Below are positions 38,502 to 52,900 of a DNA stretch of 64,000 nt, piece after piece. Each line of letters starts with the position of its first letter. Within the stretch, counting starts at the first letter, position 1. The DNA lies in the NCBI RefSeq assembly GCF_006345805.1, contig NC_043008.1, positions 74,400,001 through 74,464,000 of the forward strand. Direction: 5' to 3'. The position numbers and the translations under genes are program-made. The notes beneath the pieces are model-generated. The model did not search any database and was not told where the DNA came from. It saw nothing but the letters and a program-made list of their open reading frames with translations. Source of the stretch: Octopus sinensis. Taxonomy: Eukaryota.

Positions 38502-38821
38502 TAAAACTCATTTTTGCCTCCCTTTAATCCTTGTCGTTTGTACTCTGTGAAAGGTGGATCTATCAATATTAATATCTATATGTTTATACTTAAATATTCT
38601 TTGTTTTGTATGTATCCATATATACATATTTTGTATTTTATGCCAAAGCTATTACACCTAATTTCTTTAGCCTCATTATTGTCTCCATATCTGCTCAACT
38701 TGATCCCTCTTACAGCCATTCTTTACACTTGAACTGATCCCCTGTAAAAACATCAAAATCAAATTTTGAATCATTTGAAAATTACTAGATATATTCTCTC
38801 AGAATCTCTGGATTTCATTTG

Positions 38822-38864
<43 letters not shown>

Positions 38865-39513
38865 TGTATATATATATATATATTAATATATATTAATATA
38901 TATAAAGAGAGAGAGAGAGAGAGATAGCATACATGCAAGTGTGTGTATTTGTGTATGTGTGTGAGTGTGTGATTATGTGTGTGTGCGTGTGTGTGTCTGT
39001 CTGTCTGACTGTATGTATGTACTGTGACTTCAAAGCGGTATGCATTATATATAAATATACACACACACATATTTGTATAGTTACTCAAACAAAAACACTT
39101 GATAATCCACTTTGTGAAAATTTTCCTAAAATTTTCCAAGAGAAATGTCTGAGCGACATGTGTGTCGTTAACACTATCAGAAAGATAGTGTTTGCGAGTC
39201 TACAGAGTGTTTCAATAGGCCATGATTGTTTCTGTGGTAGGGAATTTGATGGGGGAAAATGTTACTTCTGAAATCCACATTTTAAAGGTTCTAGAATGAA
39301 GATAATGGGAAGAACTAGAAAATTTTGGAGAGGCTATTTGACACGGATTTGTAACGTAACAACAGTATATATGTGAATGAGGACCTAGGATGTCAGGTAG
39401 AGGTTTTATCATTTGCTCACAGCGTAAAAAAGAGAAGGTATGTGGAAAATATTTTGGTCGATGTATATGTATATCTGTGTATGTGTATGTGTGTGTATAT
39501 ATATATATATATA

Positions 39514-40233
39514 CAGGGTGTTCCGAAAGTCCCTGATGGGTTTCAATTTTTAATAACTTCCTTAACTTTACAAATAAAAGCATGACATTTTGATACAATG
39601 TAAAGGACATAATGAAATTTAATATGCACAAGTCAAATTTTGCAACACCCCTGCATTACATATGAAAAGGACATCGTTTAAATGATATCGGCTTCGCACT
39701 ACCAAGCTCTTTCCCAAACTTGCACCATAACACCCTTAAGAGTTTGAAACTCCACTTCTCTGATTTCTCTATTGATATATTCTCCTTCAGTCGCACCAGG
39801 GTCTCCGGTTTGTTGACCTAAACCCTCTCTTTCAGATATCCATGATTGAGACCTTTTCTGCGCCTGGCCATTCTAAGTAGACCTCACACATAGTTCCAGC
39901 AAGAGAAACAATGCAGTTGCTACGGCGGTGCTTTGGAGAGAGAATAATCTCCCGTTACGACAATGTCAATTGGCCTTCGTACTCCCCAAACTTGACTAGC
40001 CTGGATTTTTTCTTGTGAGGATACCTGAAAGAGTGGGTTTTCGCCAACAAATCGAAAATGGCTGCCATTTCAGCGATATCATTTTTAATATGTTATGTAG
40101 GGGAGTTGCAAAATTTGACTTGTGCATGTTAATTTCCCCTGTGTCCTTTATATTGTAAGAAACTTTCCTGCTTTTATTTGTAAAGTTAAGGAAGTTATAA
40201 AAATTGAAAACCTCAATGACTTTTGGGACACCC

Positions 40234-40235
<2 letters not shown>
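39514..40235 (+). mobile_element. Non-autonomous Tc1/mariner-superfamily element with long (~170-nt) TIRs
   Basis: TA|CAGGGTGTTCCGAAAGTC...GACTTTTGGGACACCCTA; internal remnant WPSYSPNLTSLDFFL.GYLKE. Confidence 0.85.
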
Positions 40236-40270
<35 letters not shown>

Positions 40271-40310
40271 GGAGAGAGAGATGGATGGATGGATGGATAG
40301 ATAGATAGAC

Positions 40311-40379
<69 letters not shown>

Positions 40380-40452
40380 TACATATATATGATTATGTAT
40401 GCATATATAAGTATATATATTATATATATATACATACGTAATACATATATGC

Positions 40453-40546
<94 letters not shown>

Positions 40547-40862
40547 ATAGTGTGTTTAAAGTTGGGTAGATATGTCGCATATTGAGAAAAAGGAGGCAGT
40601 CAAAATTTTGGATAATTCTTTATTCGCGTTTTCCTTCGTTTACCGAATTCGTGAAAACAAAATAAAAATGGTAAAACCAGAACGTTTGGTTGTTCATTTG
40701 TATGAATCTGAGGCCATATTGTTTTGTTTGCAAAAGGAGAAAAATACTCTTTGTGGGGAGATAAGAGAGAAAGATGCAAAGAGGTGGAAAAGACAGATAG
40801 GTTTCAGGACAATCAAGAAAGAGGAGAAAATAATAAAGGATGGGGAAAGGATAGATAGCTAC

Positions 40863-40923
<61 letters not shown>

Positions 40924-42340
40924 CAAGCTGACAGACAGACAACAGACAACAGATGGATAGAGAGACAGACAGACAGACAGTCAGACAGAGACAGAGGTTT
41001 TTTTTCAATCTGAAATGGTCAACCGATTGAAATTTCATTACAAAGCATTTTTTCTTTCTTTTCTTTCGTTTTTCTTCCCACTGTATACCTATCTACATAT
41101 TTATAAATGAACACATTTTCTTATAAGGTCATCATACTTTGGGGGGCGATGAAATAAGTACTAGTCGAGAACAAGGGTCGATGTAAATGTCTTATCCCAA
41201 CCCCCAAAATTTCCGGTCTTCCGCCAAAATTTGAAACTAGTATTACGAATTGGCAAGACTTAATCCTAAAATCTCTTTCTCATTTCTCTGTCTCCCACTG
41301 ACTACCAGTCAATGGGAAATATTCAACTTTCCAACAGTCATAATACATTTGATACTCTTGACACTCCAAGTATGTACTCAGTAGTTTTTTCAGGTAACCG
41401 TACTAGTATGTCATATTTAAGCTTATGTATCATCGTATGAATATTTATATACATTTATATACATATATGTGTGCGTGTGTATGTGTGTGTCTGTCTGCCT
41501 GTCCGTGAGTCTGTGTGGAAGAGTGTACATACACGTGTGCTTGTGATGTGTATGTGTATGTGTATGTGTGTGTGTAAGTGTGTGTGTGTGTGTGTGCTGA
41601 CTGTTGATACTGTCAGGCGCAACTTTTTCCGTTGTTTGCAGTGATCAATATTGACTATATATAATATTTTGTCTACATAAACTAATATCATAGTTACCAA
41701 AATCGATAATTTTCTCACTTCTCCTTCTCCATCCTCTTTTCCTACTCCTATTCCTGCTACTCTTCCTTGTTTTTGTTATTGTTGTTGTAGTTCTTCTTCT
41801 TCTTCCTTCTTCTTCTTCTTCTTCTTCTTCTTCTTCTTCTTCTTCTTCTTCTTCTTCTTCTTCTTCTTCTTCTTCTTCTTCTTCTTCTTTTTCTTCTTCA
41901 TCTTCTTCCTCTATCCTCTATACTTATGTGTTTTAAATTGCTTACACAGCATCTTCTAATAATCATCTTAAAATTCATACTTTGATTCATTGTCTCTCTG
42001 TTCTTCACTTCAATGATCTGAATATGATTTTTTTTTATTTTCTCTATTCTTTCTCACTGTTTGAGATGTTCACTTACCACGCCCCACCCTTGCCTCTGTC
42101 GTTTTCTCTATGCATGTATAACCTCTTTCTTCCTCTCTTTGTGTCACACTCACTCACGCTCTATTTAAATATATAGTGTCTGTTTACCTTGCAGTCCCCT
42201 TTCATCCTCCCGTGTATTTTATCCCCCTCTCTCTCAACATCTAATGTTATTTTCCTCTTGATTCACCTACTCAATTTCATTTCCTTCTTTCTTTTCCTAT
42301 TATTGTTTTCTTTGATTATCTACATGTACAGCTGCCTATA

Positions 42341-42440
<100 letters not shown>

Positions 42441-42452
42441 CTCTCTCTCTCT

Positions 42453-42508
<56 letters not shown>

Positions 42509-42548
42509 GTTTGTTTGTCTGTCTGCTGTTTATATGGTTTTATATACG

Positions 42549-42662
<114 letters not shown>

Positions 42663-42830
42663 TTACACACTCACACATTCATACATACATTCATATCATA
42701 CATAGTGCATATAAAAATATATCTGCAAGTACGTTTATATGTATATATTTATAAATGTATAAACACGTGCACAGAAACACACATTGTGTGGAATTAGATC
42801 AACGTTAAAATACTCAGCACAAAAACTAGA

Positions 42831-42868
<38 letters not shown>

Positions 42869-43377
42869 GAAGAGGTAGTGTTTATATCGCCACTTTAACG
42901 AGGGTGTTCTCTAAGAGACGATGATACTGCTGTTTTAACCCCATAAAGGCATCTCTTCCAGCTGGTTAATTCGGTGCACCTTCGCACGTCATATTTATTG
43001 CAAGCGGGAGATAACTCCTGCTACCTTAGCTTCGAGACCATCAGACCATGTGATTTGAATGCTATTGGATCCCCTCGGTGATGGGCACTCGTTTGCCAGG
43101 CTTGACAGTGGCCTAACCTCGCTTGCAGTATATAGAAAATAGTTACTAAATCAGTGATTTTGTAACTGGGTAACTAGTCTGTTAGAAAATCTCTGGTCTA
43201 GATGGAAACAGAATAAGAACCAAGAGGGTAGTGTTTATTTCCACTTTAACGTGGTTGTTCTCTAAGAGACGAGCATACAGCTGTTTTAACCTCAGGAAGA
43301 AATCTCCTACGTCTGATTTTTTAAGTGCGCTTTCACACTCGATATTTATTGCAAGCGGATGTATGATTGTATGTATG

Positions 43378-43423
<46 letters not shown>

Positions 43424-43534
43424 ATATGTATGTATGTATGTATGTATGCATGCATGTATGTATATATGTATGTATGTATGTATGCATGCATGCATATATG
43501 CTTACATCAATACTATATATGTACATTTGTGTAT

Positions 43535-43860
43535 GTTAGTTACTAGTTAGCTAGTTCCTCGTATTCCATGTGGAACATCGGGCAGGAACAAAAGATCACC
43601 GTCCCCTGTGGTCTTCCGCAAGAGATTTGGCCTCCTCCCAGCTTAAATCCTCTGCATCTAGGTCCTTTAGTACTATTCCCTTTCATGTTATTAATGGGCA
43701 TCTACGTTTCTTTTTTCCACCCCCTGCCATCCAATCAAGGGAGCGTTTTGTTGATAGCATTCTAAAGACATGTCCAAGAAACCACTGACAACGATCTTCC
43801 ACAGTGATGCTGAGTCCTTTCTGCTTGGTTCTCCCGAAGACTTCTTCATTGCTTATTCAG
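43535..43860 (-). mobile_element. RTE LINE 3' end
   Basis: Minus: ISNEEVFGRTKQK..WFLGHVFRM, ending in a short (ACTA)-like tail. Confidence 0.6.
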
Positions 43861-43884
43861 TCTTGCCAAGAGATCTTGTATCTT

Positions 43885-44314
43885 TTATCGTTTATTTGTT
43901 TCAGTCATTAGACTGTGACCATGCTGGAACACCGCCTTAGAAGATTTTTAGTAAGATTAATCGACCCCAGGAGTTAATTTTTGTAGACTGGTATTTATTT
44001 TATCGCTCTCTTTCTGCCGAATCATTCAGTTAGGGAACGTAAACAAACCAGCAACGTTTGTCAAATTGTAGTAGGGGGTACAAATACAGACACAAAGACA
44101 CACACACACGCGCATGTAAACATAAACACACACACACACACATATATATATACGATAGGCTTCTTTCAGTTTCCGTCTATCAAATCTACTCACAAGGCTT
44201 TGGTCGACTTGAGGCTATAGTAGAAGACACTCGCCCAAGATGCCATGCAGTGGGACTGAACCATAAACTATGTGGTCAGAAGCAAGCTTCGTACTACACA
44301 GCCACGCCTGCTCC
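43885..44314 (-). mobile_element. SINE family A, near full length
   Basis: Reverse complement of the 60989-61412 type sequence. Confidence 0.8.
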
Positions 44315-46169
44315 TATGTTAAGAAAATTCATAAAAATGTCTAAATTATAATTATTTACTTGAAAAACATCCTCAAGTTTCGTTGTACGTTTTTCTTTTG
44401 CTTGCATAAATCCTCACAGATGTGTCCACTCTTGAAAGCGTTTTCTTCTCAAATTCTCTCTCATAGAGGATCTATTTTTGTGAAAATGGTTAAAGCTTTA
44501 ACTAGAAACCTGAAAGCCAATATGCACTTTTCAAAGTATTAAAATTCGTGGTGTTCCATTTAATCACTCTCCTTTTCATTTTTATCCTCACGGTACTGTT
44601 CCGTCTCTACGAGGTTCTCTTTAGATTCGCATAGCTACGCGACATTTCATTTATTTCATTAAATTCAGCTAGGTGTTCCATTTCAAAACTCTACTGATGA
44701 ACATTTTGCGTTGGCTTTTGGCTTTTCTAAACGCAGAAAGTCTGCAATAGAATTAGGATAGAAGTATTTTTTCTCCAGACAAGGCAAATTGTGTTAAATT
44801 TTAACTTCTTACTATGTGGCAGCTACATTTCTAATTGCAATCAAAACATGATAACCACACCAATTTTTTTTTTTACAATTGGTTCTGATTCATATCTAAT
44901 AACTTAATCAATTGCTTATGTGAAGTACCTTAATTTGTAAGATTTGAATGAAGCAATAACCCCACTGATCCATTGGTTAACTCAAGCTGGTTGTGTTTAA
45001 AAAGCAGCAAAGGTGGGTAGGGGATCTGGATCAGTGTTCACAAGAATCATGACTTTAATTTCCCGATAATATTCTTTCAACGAAATACAACAAAAACTAA
45101 TTATTTTATCTATCCCCATGACAAGAGATGAGACTGAGTGCATCCTTTCATAGTTACAATTGTCGCAAAATGGTAAATAACTCATGGTTTCGCCTTCTAG
45201 ATCCTTTGGAGAATTACTACCAAGTAAGCATATCATATGGTCTTTGGCAGTCTTGACACCTGGTGCAGTTCTTTAGAAATATAAGTTCGTTTCCAACAAA
45301 TTCCCGTCACATTTACGTTAAAAATTACTGCTGTTTGTCTCCTCCATCGTCAATAATATTTTACAATAAAGCTAGATAATTATCGATTCATTGTAACCAG
45401 TTTCATATTCATATTTAATTTCACACATTATGGGATGCACTTTTGAACATTATTTAAAAGTTCTACACAAGCAAGATTCGCAGGTTTTATTTTGAGTATT
45501 ACCGATGTAGAGAACATAAAGAGTCACTTTGGCGTATGTTCTATTTTAATACCTTTAAAAGTCTTACCACAATTTCAAATATACTGGTTCAATTCTTTGT
45601 TAATTTTGTTGTAGCTAGATGTGTTACACCTTCAGAATAAGTTGAGCATTGTCACTGATTGTTTGTACAGTTATTGGTTACAAACCGAAAGCACTTCGAA
45701 TAGCTATAGATCTGGCCATAGAAATATAGATAACAAGAAAGGGTTCTATAAAAATCACTTGCTAATTTATATTCTTTTTTTCCCATTTATTCAACACATA
45801 GCTACTGGCGTACATTCAATTATTTATATTCTCTAATTTTGTTATTTACATTTTTTTATCTGAGCGGTTACCTTCGAGTATGTATATATGCAGATGTCCG
45901 GTCATTGAGTGACCAATGGTTTTACATCTATAAAGACATGCACTTTATGGACGACTTATCGGATTCTAATGGCGAAGGCCGTATAGCTCTTCAAACTATG
46001 GAGATGGAATTCCGTTTTGGTCATTTAGTAAGTAAACAAAGAATAAGCAGTCCATTCGGCGAGGACAGGTTATTTCCCTTAGACCAGTTCATTTGGCAGT
46101 CCATGTGGGTTAAAATGGCAAACAGGGAACTCCGTCCTTAGGTTGCTTCTAGCTTGTAAGGCCTTTTTC

Positions 46170-46440
46170 GGACCTAATCGATGAATGGGGAATCCCCTGC
46201 TTGCGGCAGGTAACGTTTAAAATGTCGGCAGAAACTATAAATCTCGTGTCGGGAATTTAATAATCCTGCTTCAAGAAAGTCTTTGGGGGTCCTTGCTCGC
46301 TCAGCTACGCCAAGCTTACAGTGTTCGCTCCCGGTGATATAAGATCCCTGCTGCTCTAAGACACTCCATTTGATGTCGTATGGGGTTCCTTCACCTTTAA
46401 GGTGCAATATGTGGTTTGCCAGGGACGTGACGAATCATCT
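46170..46440 (-). mobile_element. PLE endonuclease C-terminal fragment
   Basis: TSLANHILHLKGEGTPYDIKWSVLEQ..CKLGVAE..LLNSRHEIYSFCRHFKRY. Confidence 0.8.
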
Positions 46441-46716
46441 GCCCGGAATCCTGACAGAGAATCCTGATGTTACTGGAGTTCTTATCGGTGGTGTTATTGC
46501 GAGGTGCGAGTCGGACAATATCGGTGTGGGTATTGTCGTTAGAGTAGTCATCCCTGGCCGTAGTGCCGGTGTTGCTGTCGCTGTCACCGGTGGTGATATG
46601 ACTGCCGTCGTCGTCGATGGTGTTGGATGAACCATTGCTGTTGTTACTATGGTCGTTAGGTCTGGGTACCACCAGAGTCTCATAAATGACTCTCTCGGCC
46701 TCCCACTTCACCCCAC

Positions 46717-46768
<52 letters not shown>

Positions 46769-47202
46769 GGTGTGTGTGGTGTGTGTGTGTGTGTGTGTGT
46801 GTTAGTGTGTGTGAGTGTGTGTGAGTGTGTGTGGGGGAGTTATGTGTATCTTTTATAAAAGAATGAAAGAATATATATATATTATTTAAACACATACTTA
46901 TATATATATGCATGTATGTATGTATGTATGTGTGTATGTATGTATGTATGTATATATACACGTAGATGTCGAAGGATGAAAATGAGTGCTCAGCACCGCA
47001 TTAGTGGATATAATTTATTTATTGGTTTCCTGTTAAGAAAATTAGGAAAATACCCTAATGTCTAAACGATTTTTCAAGCCGATCACACGGAGAAATGTTT
47101 TCGCCACCATTTTGGAAAGCAGTCTTGTTTAGTCCAGGGGGGTTCTCATAAATTCAGGTGCATAAAGCAATGAATCAAGGGACTTTACACACACATACAT
47201 AC

Positions 47203-47265
<63 letters not shown>

Positions 47266-47396
47266 TATATTGAGGGTACTACTATTCGTAGATACCAACA
47301 CGCTAAGAGGGACCAATGCAGTCAAAACTACTAAATATAAACAAAATTTTACCGAATGCAAAACTTCAAAACACATCATTTTAAAAAAGAATTCAG

Positions 47397-47460
47397 TTAC
47401 ATATCACATGTGATTTCGCATTTAAATGCAGAATATGCATTTCTATGTTCATCAGTGCAA
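47397..47460 (-). ncRNA. Type I hammerhead ribozyme (left arm)
   Basis: Reverse complement of the 47566-47629 motif. Confidence 0.8.
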
Positions 47461-47565
47461 CAAACTCAAGAAATATAATAGAAAAACATAACATTACAAG
47501 CTCGATAGCCAAGCGTAGAATTCGTCGTAGCATGTCCGAATTTTCTATTATATTTCTTGAGTTTG

Positions 47566-47629
47566 TTGCACTGATGAACATAGAAATGCATATTCTGCAT
47601 TTAAATGCGAAATCACATGTGATATGTAA
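47566..47629 (+). ncRNA. Type I hammerhead ribozyme (right arm)
   Basis: TTGCA-CTGATGA-ACAT-AG-AAATGCA-TATTC-TGCATTT-AA-ATGC-GAAA-TCACATGTGA-TA-TGTAA; AUA site; A-C mismatch at 10.1-11.1. Confidence 0.8.
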
Positions 47630-47896
47630 CTGAATTCTTTTTTAAAATGATGTGTTTTGAAGTTTTGCATTCGGTAAAATTTTGTTTATATTTAGTAGTT
47701 TTGACCGCATTGGTCCCTCTTAGCGTGTTGGTATCTACGAATAGTAGTACCCTCAATATAATATAAATGAAAATTTTGAAAGAGGAGGAATTTACGGATT
47801 TTTTCTCTTACGAGGTTTTTCACGCTGACTACTGATAATTTCTTTTAAAGATTTTATCCTCAATTGTTAATTTATATATATATACGTATATATTCG

Positions 47897-48056
47897 ACGG
47901 GCTTCTTTCAGTTTCCGCCTACCATATCCACTCACAAAGCTTTGGTCGTTCCGAGGCTATAGTGGAAAATACTTGTCTAAGTGCCACGGAGTAGGACTGA
48001 ACCCAGAACCATGTGATTGGTAAGCAGACCTACTTACCACATAGCCACTCCTGCGC
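47897..48056 (-). mobile_element. SINE family A (head)
   Basis: Reverse complement of the 6602-6770 type head. Confidence 0.8.
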
Positions 48057-48971
48057 TCTCAGTCACTCCTTAAGTAAATAAACCGTCTATATTCTTAATT
48101 CCCTTGAAATGTCGAAGGATGAAAATATTAATATAAATATAATGCGTATACATACACGCATATACATTATAAATATATATATACATAAATACATGCATAG
48201 TCTATATAATTAATACACATATACACATATTCATATCCACGTCGATCTATAAAATATTTCTATGTATGAGTGTGTGCGCATTCTTAACTAGTGCTTTGTG
48301 GCCGTTGTCTTATCTCAGCGCTATCTAATTCACTCCTTTCCCTTTTACTTCGCTCTCATTGAAATTTTGATCACTCCCTACAACCATTTCCTTTTGCCAT
48401 CTTTCTTTCATGCCCTGCCCCCTTCTCACTCCATCCTTCTTTTTCTGATTCCCTACAGCCTGTATGTATACTTTGTCAACTAACTTTCTACTTATTTCTT
48501 TCTATTGCCACCTTCAATTAGAATTCTGTTCATATCGATATATCTTTACAGAAATATATCGACTTTTCACTGATACTATATTTTAACGACCCCACAAGAG
48601 TAGAAGACAGTGTTGACCTCAACTGAGACATAAATTCAGAACATGAAGGGCCGCCATTCTACTCATATATATTTTCAAACTCTGTCATCCCCCACTTACT
48701 CTTAATACTTAATACTCTCTCTTTCTCTCGCCTTCTTTCTCTCTCACATACACATGCCTTCTTTCGCTTTCTCTGCCACCCTCTTTCTCATATTCTATAC
48801 CAAAATTCCATATCTTTTGCATGTATCACTGCTATTTACCAAACTCTTATCCAGTATTACCCCAGAGTTCAGCACTTGGTCTCGCTATTGCCTATTCACT
48901 ACAACACATGATACTTAACAGTGACCTGATAATGTCAATCTTTTTCGTTTCTTTTTAACCACACACATATT

Positions 48972-49024
<53 letters not shown>

Positions 49025-49100
49025 ACACTCTTTCTTTTACACACACACATATTTAGATATTTATATATAAGCATACATATATGTACGTATGTACGTATGT

Positions 49101-49135
<35 letters not shown>

Positions 49136-50354
49136 GTTGTGTACATATTTCTCTCTTCCTTCTGTTCCTCCCCGCCTATTTTTCTTCAAGTAAGTCATAT
49201 GATTTAATTTTTTATTACAAGAGAAGATTTCAGAGACTTACTGAAAGAATTCATAGTGCGTTATGCTAAATCAGTGTTCTCCATCAAAAGAAATGAAGAA
49301 AACAAAAAAAAACATAAATAAATATGACGAAAACTAACATTAAAAACCACCACCACTACAACGACAAAATCAACAAAAGATAACAAAAAGAACAACAACA
49401 AAGATAACAAAACAAAAATAATATGGCTACTATGATTTGTCGGCCATTTTACAATCGTGTGCTATGATAAATAATTCATTAAAATAGTTTTTTTTTTCCT
49501 CTGAGAAATGAATATAATAATGAAGAGATAACTCTTTTTTTCCTTTACTTCTTCGTCTTCTTTTTCTTCTTTTCTTCGTCCTCATCTTCTTTTGTTGCCA
49601 ATGATTTACCCTGTTGACTTCTTTTGTTGAGACTGATAAATGGTACTGTAACGGAGAGAAACAGAGATACAGACACGGAGACGGAGAGAGAGAAAGTGAG
49701 ATGACAGAGACTGTGAGTGTTCGGAGTGTTTATTTAATTTCATACAATTTCTATGCTAGTGGTGTCAATGACTAAATCCATTTTTTTTCGGTCACACTTC
49801 ACCAATAAATAATGATTGTCAAGCAATAAATGAAGTGTACTGAACTTTCGACAATTCTCGACAGAGAAGGCTCTGAATCCCATGACAGCTGTGATAAACA
49901 TACATACTACTGTATAAATATACATACACGCCAACACACATGTATGTTTGTATATATGCCTGTGTTTGTGTATGTATGGTGTATGAGTTTGTATGCATGT
50001 ATATGGGTGTGTATAAATATATATATATACATACATATATATATATACCTATATGAATGTATACACACGCACCCTCATATGTTGATATTTGCTTTTATGT
50101 TTAGTTATAAAAAAACAATTTTACAATAATTTGTTTGGTTACTCTATACTTTTATAAAGAACAAATTTATTTTTCTTAAACATAAATATTATTTTTAGTG
50201 ACTTCGAAGTTTTGGCCAGTTAAGATATAGTAGGACTGCGATACATTGAAGCTAATCTTAGCTTTATATAGTCTCTGTTGAGTTAAAAAATAATTTCTAA
50301 AGTATGTGTTTTGTGTCGGTTGGTATGGAGTGGTGTTTTGCAGACATTTTAATT

Positions 50355-50554
50355 CTTTTATTCTTTTATGTGTTTCAGTCATTTGACTGCAGCCATACTG
50401 GAGCACCATCTTTAGCCGAACAAATCGACCCCAGGACTTATTCTTTGTAAGCTCAGTACTTATTCTATCGTTCTCTTTTGCCGAACCGCTAAGTTACGGG
50501 GACGTAAACATACCAACATCGGTTGTCAAGCACCCCTCCCACATATATGTATAT

Positions 50555-50599
<45 letters not shown>

Positions 50600-50762
50600 G
50601 ATGGGCTTCTTTCAGTTTCCGTCAACCAAATCCACTCACAAGTCTTTGGTCGGCCCGAGGCTATAGTAGAAGACACTTGCCGAAGTTGCTACGCAGTGGG
50701 ACTGAATCCGGAACCATGTAGTTGGTAAGCAACTCTACTTACCACATAGCCACTCCTGCTCC
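50355..50762 (-). mobile_element. SINE family A, near full length
   Basis: Head at 50600-50762, tail TTTCAGTCATTTGACTG at ~50375, internal (TA)n. Confidence 0.85.
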
Positions 50763-51274
50763 TATATGATTAAATTTGGGATTATTCTATTGTTTAGAAT
50801 TCGTGTATGTAGAACTTTGTAAGTAGGTCTAAGTATTGAGGTGTGTTTCTTTTAGTAGGTATAAGATATGTCAGTAGTTTTAGCTCTTTTACGCTTTATT
50901 GGATTTAATCTTTTACCTTGAAAATATAAAGGTCAAATTGCCTGAGTAAAAGATCAAAGCTCCACACCCCCACCAAAAAAAAAGTAAACTATACATATAC
51001 ATCGGCGCAGTACGAACGAGTGGGTAAGAAATTCGCTTCACATCCAGAATTCCGTAGTTCGATACAACTACCTGGCATCTTAGGCAAATTTCATAATTCT
51101 AGGACTATAAATGTTGTCAGTGGAATTGATTAGGCGGAAAGTAACCAGAAGCCCGTTGGTTACATTGTGCAAGTAGTTTTGTCACATAATGCAAAACTAG
51201 ATTTCATTACCAAAACGAGAAGAAATATTTCGTCAGTAGTGTTACCTAACACGTATACGCACATCCGTATACAT

Positions 51275-51765
51275 ACGAAGAAGTATCAAAAAGTTTCCGG
51301 ACTAGTTATGTTTAATAGAAAATAACTTCTTTACCTAAGTTTTAAAATCATCTCCTTTGGAATAGTTACCTTGTGCAGCAATACACCGGTCTCAGCATCC
51401 TTGTCAGTTTGGGAATCCTGCCTAGAAGTCCTCTTCCGTAAGCGATTCGCCCGGGATCTCGACAACTTTGTTAAAACGGCGACCTTTGGGCTGCATTTTG
51501 TTGAAGAGATAGAAGTCCGTAGGTTAAATATGGCGAAGAGGGTTGGTGTGGGAGTGATACCGTTTTGTTTTGGGTGAGAAAGTCACGAGTGGGGAGAACT
51601 CGGTGTCAGGGTGTATTGTCATTGTGAAGAACTCAATTTTTCGTGCACCACGGATCCAGTCGCTTTCACCGAATGTTCTCTCTCAAACACTTAAAAACGT
51701 TGCAGCAGAACTGTCTATTGGCGGTCTGGCCCTGGAGGACGAATTCTTAATGTGCTACTATTAGT
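51275..51765 (-). pseudogene. Mariner transposase C-terminal remnant with TIR
   Basis: Minus: VLHNDNTP.H..LPHQPSSP. TACGAAGAAGTATCAAAAAGTTTCCGGACT resembles the 13384 TIR. Confidence 0.75.
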
Positions 51766-52068
51766 TTCATAGGCTGAGATCATTAGTGTCTGGTGATTGT
51801 GCTAGGACATCAGACGTGTAAAAAGCATCGTTTAGCATGACTACAAGACTAATAGTAGATCATAAAAACATATATTATGTTTATTTGATAATATTTATCT
51901 CTCATCAGGTGGAGTACTTTTGTTGATCTTAGCACCACGGAACAGTACGCTATATATATATATATACTGTATATCTGTGAGTGTTCGTGTGTGTATGTGT
52001 GTATGTGCGCGCGCACTTATATTTATATCAAGTGCGCACTTATATTTATGTATATTAATATATAACAA

Positions 52069-52900
52069 ACATCCGTATTTCTTAAGGACCACGCAAAGTC
52101 CATCGCAGTATTCTGTGTGAAAAGCCTTTGTGAAGTCTATCAACACTTCTAACATATGCATCATCCGCTCACTAGATGTCCTTGAAGGTTTATCCACTAG
52201 TTCAGGTTCATGGAAGTTAGCAGGGACGAATAGAGTCAAACATGGTTGAATACTTGCTCGAGCTTTGTTCTCCCACTATCTTGCAGCAGTGTTGGTAGAT
52301 GACTTCGGAGAAGATTGAGGGATGATTTTCATCCAGACACGGCATGATGCTGATCCGTTCAACGCTTCACAGTATGAAGCAAAGGCCCTAGTACGAGAGA
52401 TGCTGTTCGCTGATGATAGTGATTTGGCTGCCCACGGTTCATATTAGAGCTATATAACAGTTTAGCTTAGAGATTAACGTGAAACAAAATCGAATGCTAT
52501 TAACAAAGTGTGATGAAACTACCGAGCTCTGTAAGATGAAAACATCACCATTAGACATGCCAGGCTGGTCTAGTGCAAAACATTCAAATACCAAAGCAGC
52601 CCCATATCAGATAATGTACGACTGAACCAAGAAACTGCATGCAGGATCAGCAGAATTATGCGTTATTTGAGGGCTGCAGGAGAGATTGTGATGCTTCTAT
52701 ATGCATCAAGTGTGAGGCATACCAGGCTATGGTGCTTTCTTCCACGATCTATGAAACCTGGACAGTCTGGGAAACTAGAACAGTTTATAAAGCTCATGCA
52801 GACAAGTTACACGCATATATGGTAAGCCATCTGCGACAAATTATGAATATCACTCTCTTTGACAAGATCATGAATAGATTGATTTTACGGTGTGCTGGTG
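52069..52900 (+). mobile_element. RTE LINE RT fragment with an inverted 5' segment
   Basis: Minus ~52069-52165: LIDFTKAF..GLCVVLKKYGC. Plus from ~52220: TNRVKHG, EMLFADD, then ETW and LRQIMNI..KIMNRLILRCAG. Confidence 0.8.

Larger units (their letters stand above)
47258..47768. repeat. Fold-back with 228-nt arms and a 55-nt spacer after (TA)n
   Basis: Arms 47258-47485 and 47541-47768 are reverse complements; I found one substitution (GCAGTC vs GCGGTC). Confidence 0.95.

Noticed and set aside
44690-44745. CTA-CTGATGA-ACATTT-TGCGTT...AACGCA-GAAA-GTCTGCAA-TAGA hammerhead look-alike
   Set aside because: Six unpaired bases after A9, and no valid stem III or NUH site; likely chance.
45945-46000. 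Possible HHR remnant downstream of the 46.2-kb PLE (minus: TTGAAGA...GATAAGTCGTC)
   Set aside because: GAAA and stems I and II cannot be reconstructed convincingly.
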